This document shows, in pieces, positions 62,621 through 64,000 of a stretch of 64,000 bases of DNA. The stretch comes from Candidatus Fimenecus stercoravium (GTDB taxonomy: Bacteria > Bacillota > Clostridia > Oscillospirales > Acutalibacteraceae). The stretch lies in NCBI GenBank assembly GCA_018711545.1, contig DVIC01000029.1:900-64899 (forward strand). Reading direction: 5' to 3'. The notes under the pieces are model-generated. The model saw nothing but the letters and a program-made list of their open reading frames with translations. It made no database searches and was not told the DNA's origin. The stretch's first letter is position 1, and each line of letters begins with the position of its first letter. The position numbers were made by a program, and so were the translations under genes.

Positions 62621-64000
62621 TTATTTTTTCTGTTTTTTTCGCTTGATCGCGGCACGCTCGATCGCCTTGACGATCTCTACAAGCGGCACGATGGCAAACG
62701 CGAGCGCCACAGCGATGACGTATTCGAGCAGGCTGATGTGCTCGAACTCAAACGCCTCGCTCAAGAACGGGATATAGATGACCGCAGTGGTCGTCACAAA
62801 GGAGGCGAGCGTCGAGAGCGCCAGATATTTGTTGTGGCTGCCGTGCACACCCATGGAGAAGATCGAACCGCGCTGCGAGCGCATGTTCAGCGAGTGGAAG
62901 ATCTCGCACAGCGACATCGTCAGGAACGCCATGGTCATGCCGTCGGGGCTGTCTACAATTTCCCATTTCCCCGCTTCAATGAAATGTCCGACGAAGTATG
63001 CCGCAAGGGTCAGCAGCGTAACCAAGAGGCCCTGATAGGCGATGTCGCCGCCCACGCCGCCTGCGAAAATGCCGTCGGTGGTCTTGCGCGGCGGGCGTTT
63101 CATAATGTCCTTTTCGCCCTTTTCCATGCTCAATGCAAGTGCCGGGAAGGAGTCGGTCACGAGGTTGATCCACAACAGGTGCACGGGCTTTAAGATCGTG
63201 AAGCCCATGAGGTTCGCGAAGAAGATCGCCAAAACCTCGCTCAAATTGGAGGCGAGCAGGAACTGGATGGATTTGCGGATGTTGTCATAGATGCGGCGGC
63301 CCTCGCCCACGGCGGAGACGATCGTCGCAAAGTTGTCATCGGCAAGCACCATATCCGCCACGTTTTTCGTTACATCCGTGCCGGTGATGCCCATGCCCAC
63401 GCCGATGTCCGCGCTCTTGATGGACGGCGCGTCGTTCACGCCGTCGCCCGTCATGGCGGTCACCATGCCGCGTGCGCGCCAGGCGTTGACGATACGCACC
63501 TTATGCTCAGGCTGTACGCGCGCGTAAACGGAATACTGCGTGACCTTTTCCTTGAATTCCTCGTCGGAAATGTCGTTGAGCTCCGCGCCCGTAATGGCTT
63601 GCGATGCGTCCTCAATGATGCCGAGCTCCTTCGCGATGGCAACGGCGGTATCCTTATGGTCGCCGGTGATCATGATCGGGCGGATGCCCGCGCTGCGGCA
63701 TTCCTCGATCGCCGCCTTGACCTCCGGGCGCACGGGGTCGATCATACCCGTTAAGCCTACAAAGGTCAGGTCGTGCTCGATCGCCTCGGGGCTTTGATCG
63801 TCGGGCACGGCAGCATGGGTGCGGAACGCCCCGGCAAGCACGCGCAGCGCGCGGTCGGCAAACGCCTTGTTGGCGGCGAGCACTGCTTCGCGGTCTGCTT
63901 CGGTCATGGGGACGGATTCGCCGTTCTTAAAGATGTGCGTGCAATGCCCCAGCACGACGTCGGGCGCGCCTTTGGTGAACTGCAAAACGCCGTCAGCGGT
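62621..64000 (-). CDS. cation (Ca2+-type, P2A-like) P-type ATPase, C-terminal ~460 aa (5' part outside window)
   Basis: KGAPDVVLGHC, MITGDHKDTAVAIAKELGI, MTGDGVNDAPSIKSADIGVGMG, and C-terminal TM bundle. The frame stays open to base 64000. Confidence 0.9.
   Translation of the reverse strand, partial: TADGVLQFTKGAPDVVLGHCTHIFKNGESVPMTEADREAVLAANKAFADRALRVLAGAFRTHAAVPDDQSPEAIEHDLTFVGLTGMIDPVRPEVKAAIEECRSAGIRPIMITGDHKDTAVAIAKELGIIEDASQAITGAELNDISDEEFKEKVTQYSVYARVQPEHKVRIVNAWRARGMVTAMTGDGVNDAPSIKSADIGVGMGITGTDVTKNVADMVLADDNFATIVSAVGEGRRIYDNIRKSIQFLLASNLSEVLAIFFANLMGFTILKPVHLLWINLVTDSFPALALSMEKGEKDIMKRPPRKTTDGIFAGGVGGDIAYQGLLVTLLTLAAYFVGHFIEAGKWEIVDSPDGMTMAFLTMSLCEIFHSLNMRSQRGSIFSMGVHGSHNKYLALSTLASFVTTTAVIYIPFLSEAFEFEHISLLEYVIAVALAFAIVPLVEIVKAIERAAIKRKKQKK

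Overview
High-GC Firmicutes (Clostridia-like) chromosomal segment. This is inferred from gene order: rimP-nusA-ylxR-ylxQ-infB-rbfA-nrnA-truB-ribF, and rplU-prp-rpmA with the Prp protease. No database search could be run, so every call rests on motifs read from the translations and on signals read from the DNA.

Most of the window is housekeeping:
- a two-component pair
- glnS and gltX
- the nusA/infB operon
- rlmB with a degenerate P-type-ATPase-like gene and an mgtC-family gene
- a complete pstSCAB-phoU-phoP-phoR operon
- an L,D-transpeptidase
- a GGGtGRT/NifU-like pair
- rlmD, rlmH, L21/L27
- a GPH-type transporter, a lipid kinase, a THUMP methyltransferase and an ECF-type sigma module
- the 3' part of a Ca-type P-type ATPase

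The stand-out is an ~11.4 kb, ten-gene minus-strand operon (about 35.8-47.2 kb). It encodes, in order:
- a bitopic membrane protein
- an 1809-aa secreted giant
- seven paralogous ~150-164-aa secreted proteins
- a C-terminally membrane-anchored protein

The giant ends in two tandem copies of the small-protein domain. The shared domain has a pilin-like or WxL-like last strand (G-x-Y-S/T-D-T-L-T-F-T). The operon contains no sortase, usher, chaperone, prepilin signal or canonical WxL motifs. It has an AT-rich control region with a near-consensus promoter and a divergent XRE regulator. I read it as a candidate undescribed Sec-dependent surface fibre or complex.

A second notable feature is a dispersed family of intergenic elements. 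They combine REP-like GTAGGG hairpins with arrays of 7-nt repeats (NTCTAAN), and those arrays place stop codons in all three frames. Copies flank several gene blocks, including the operon.

No rRNA, tRNA, CRISPR array, transposase or integrase was recognised.
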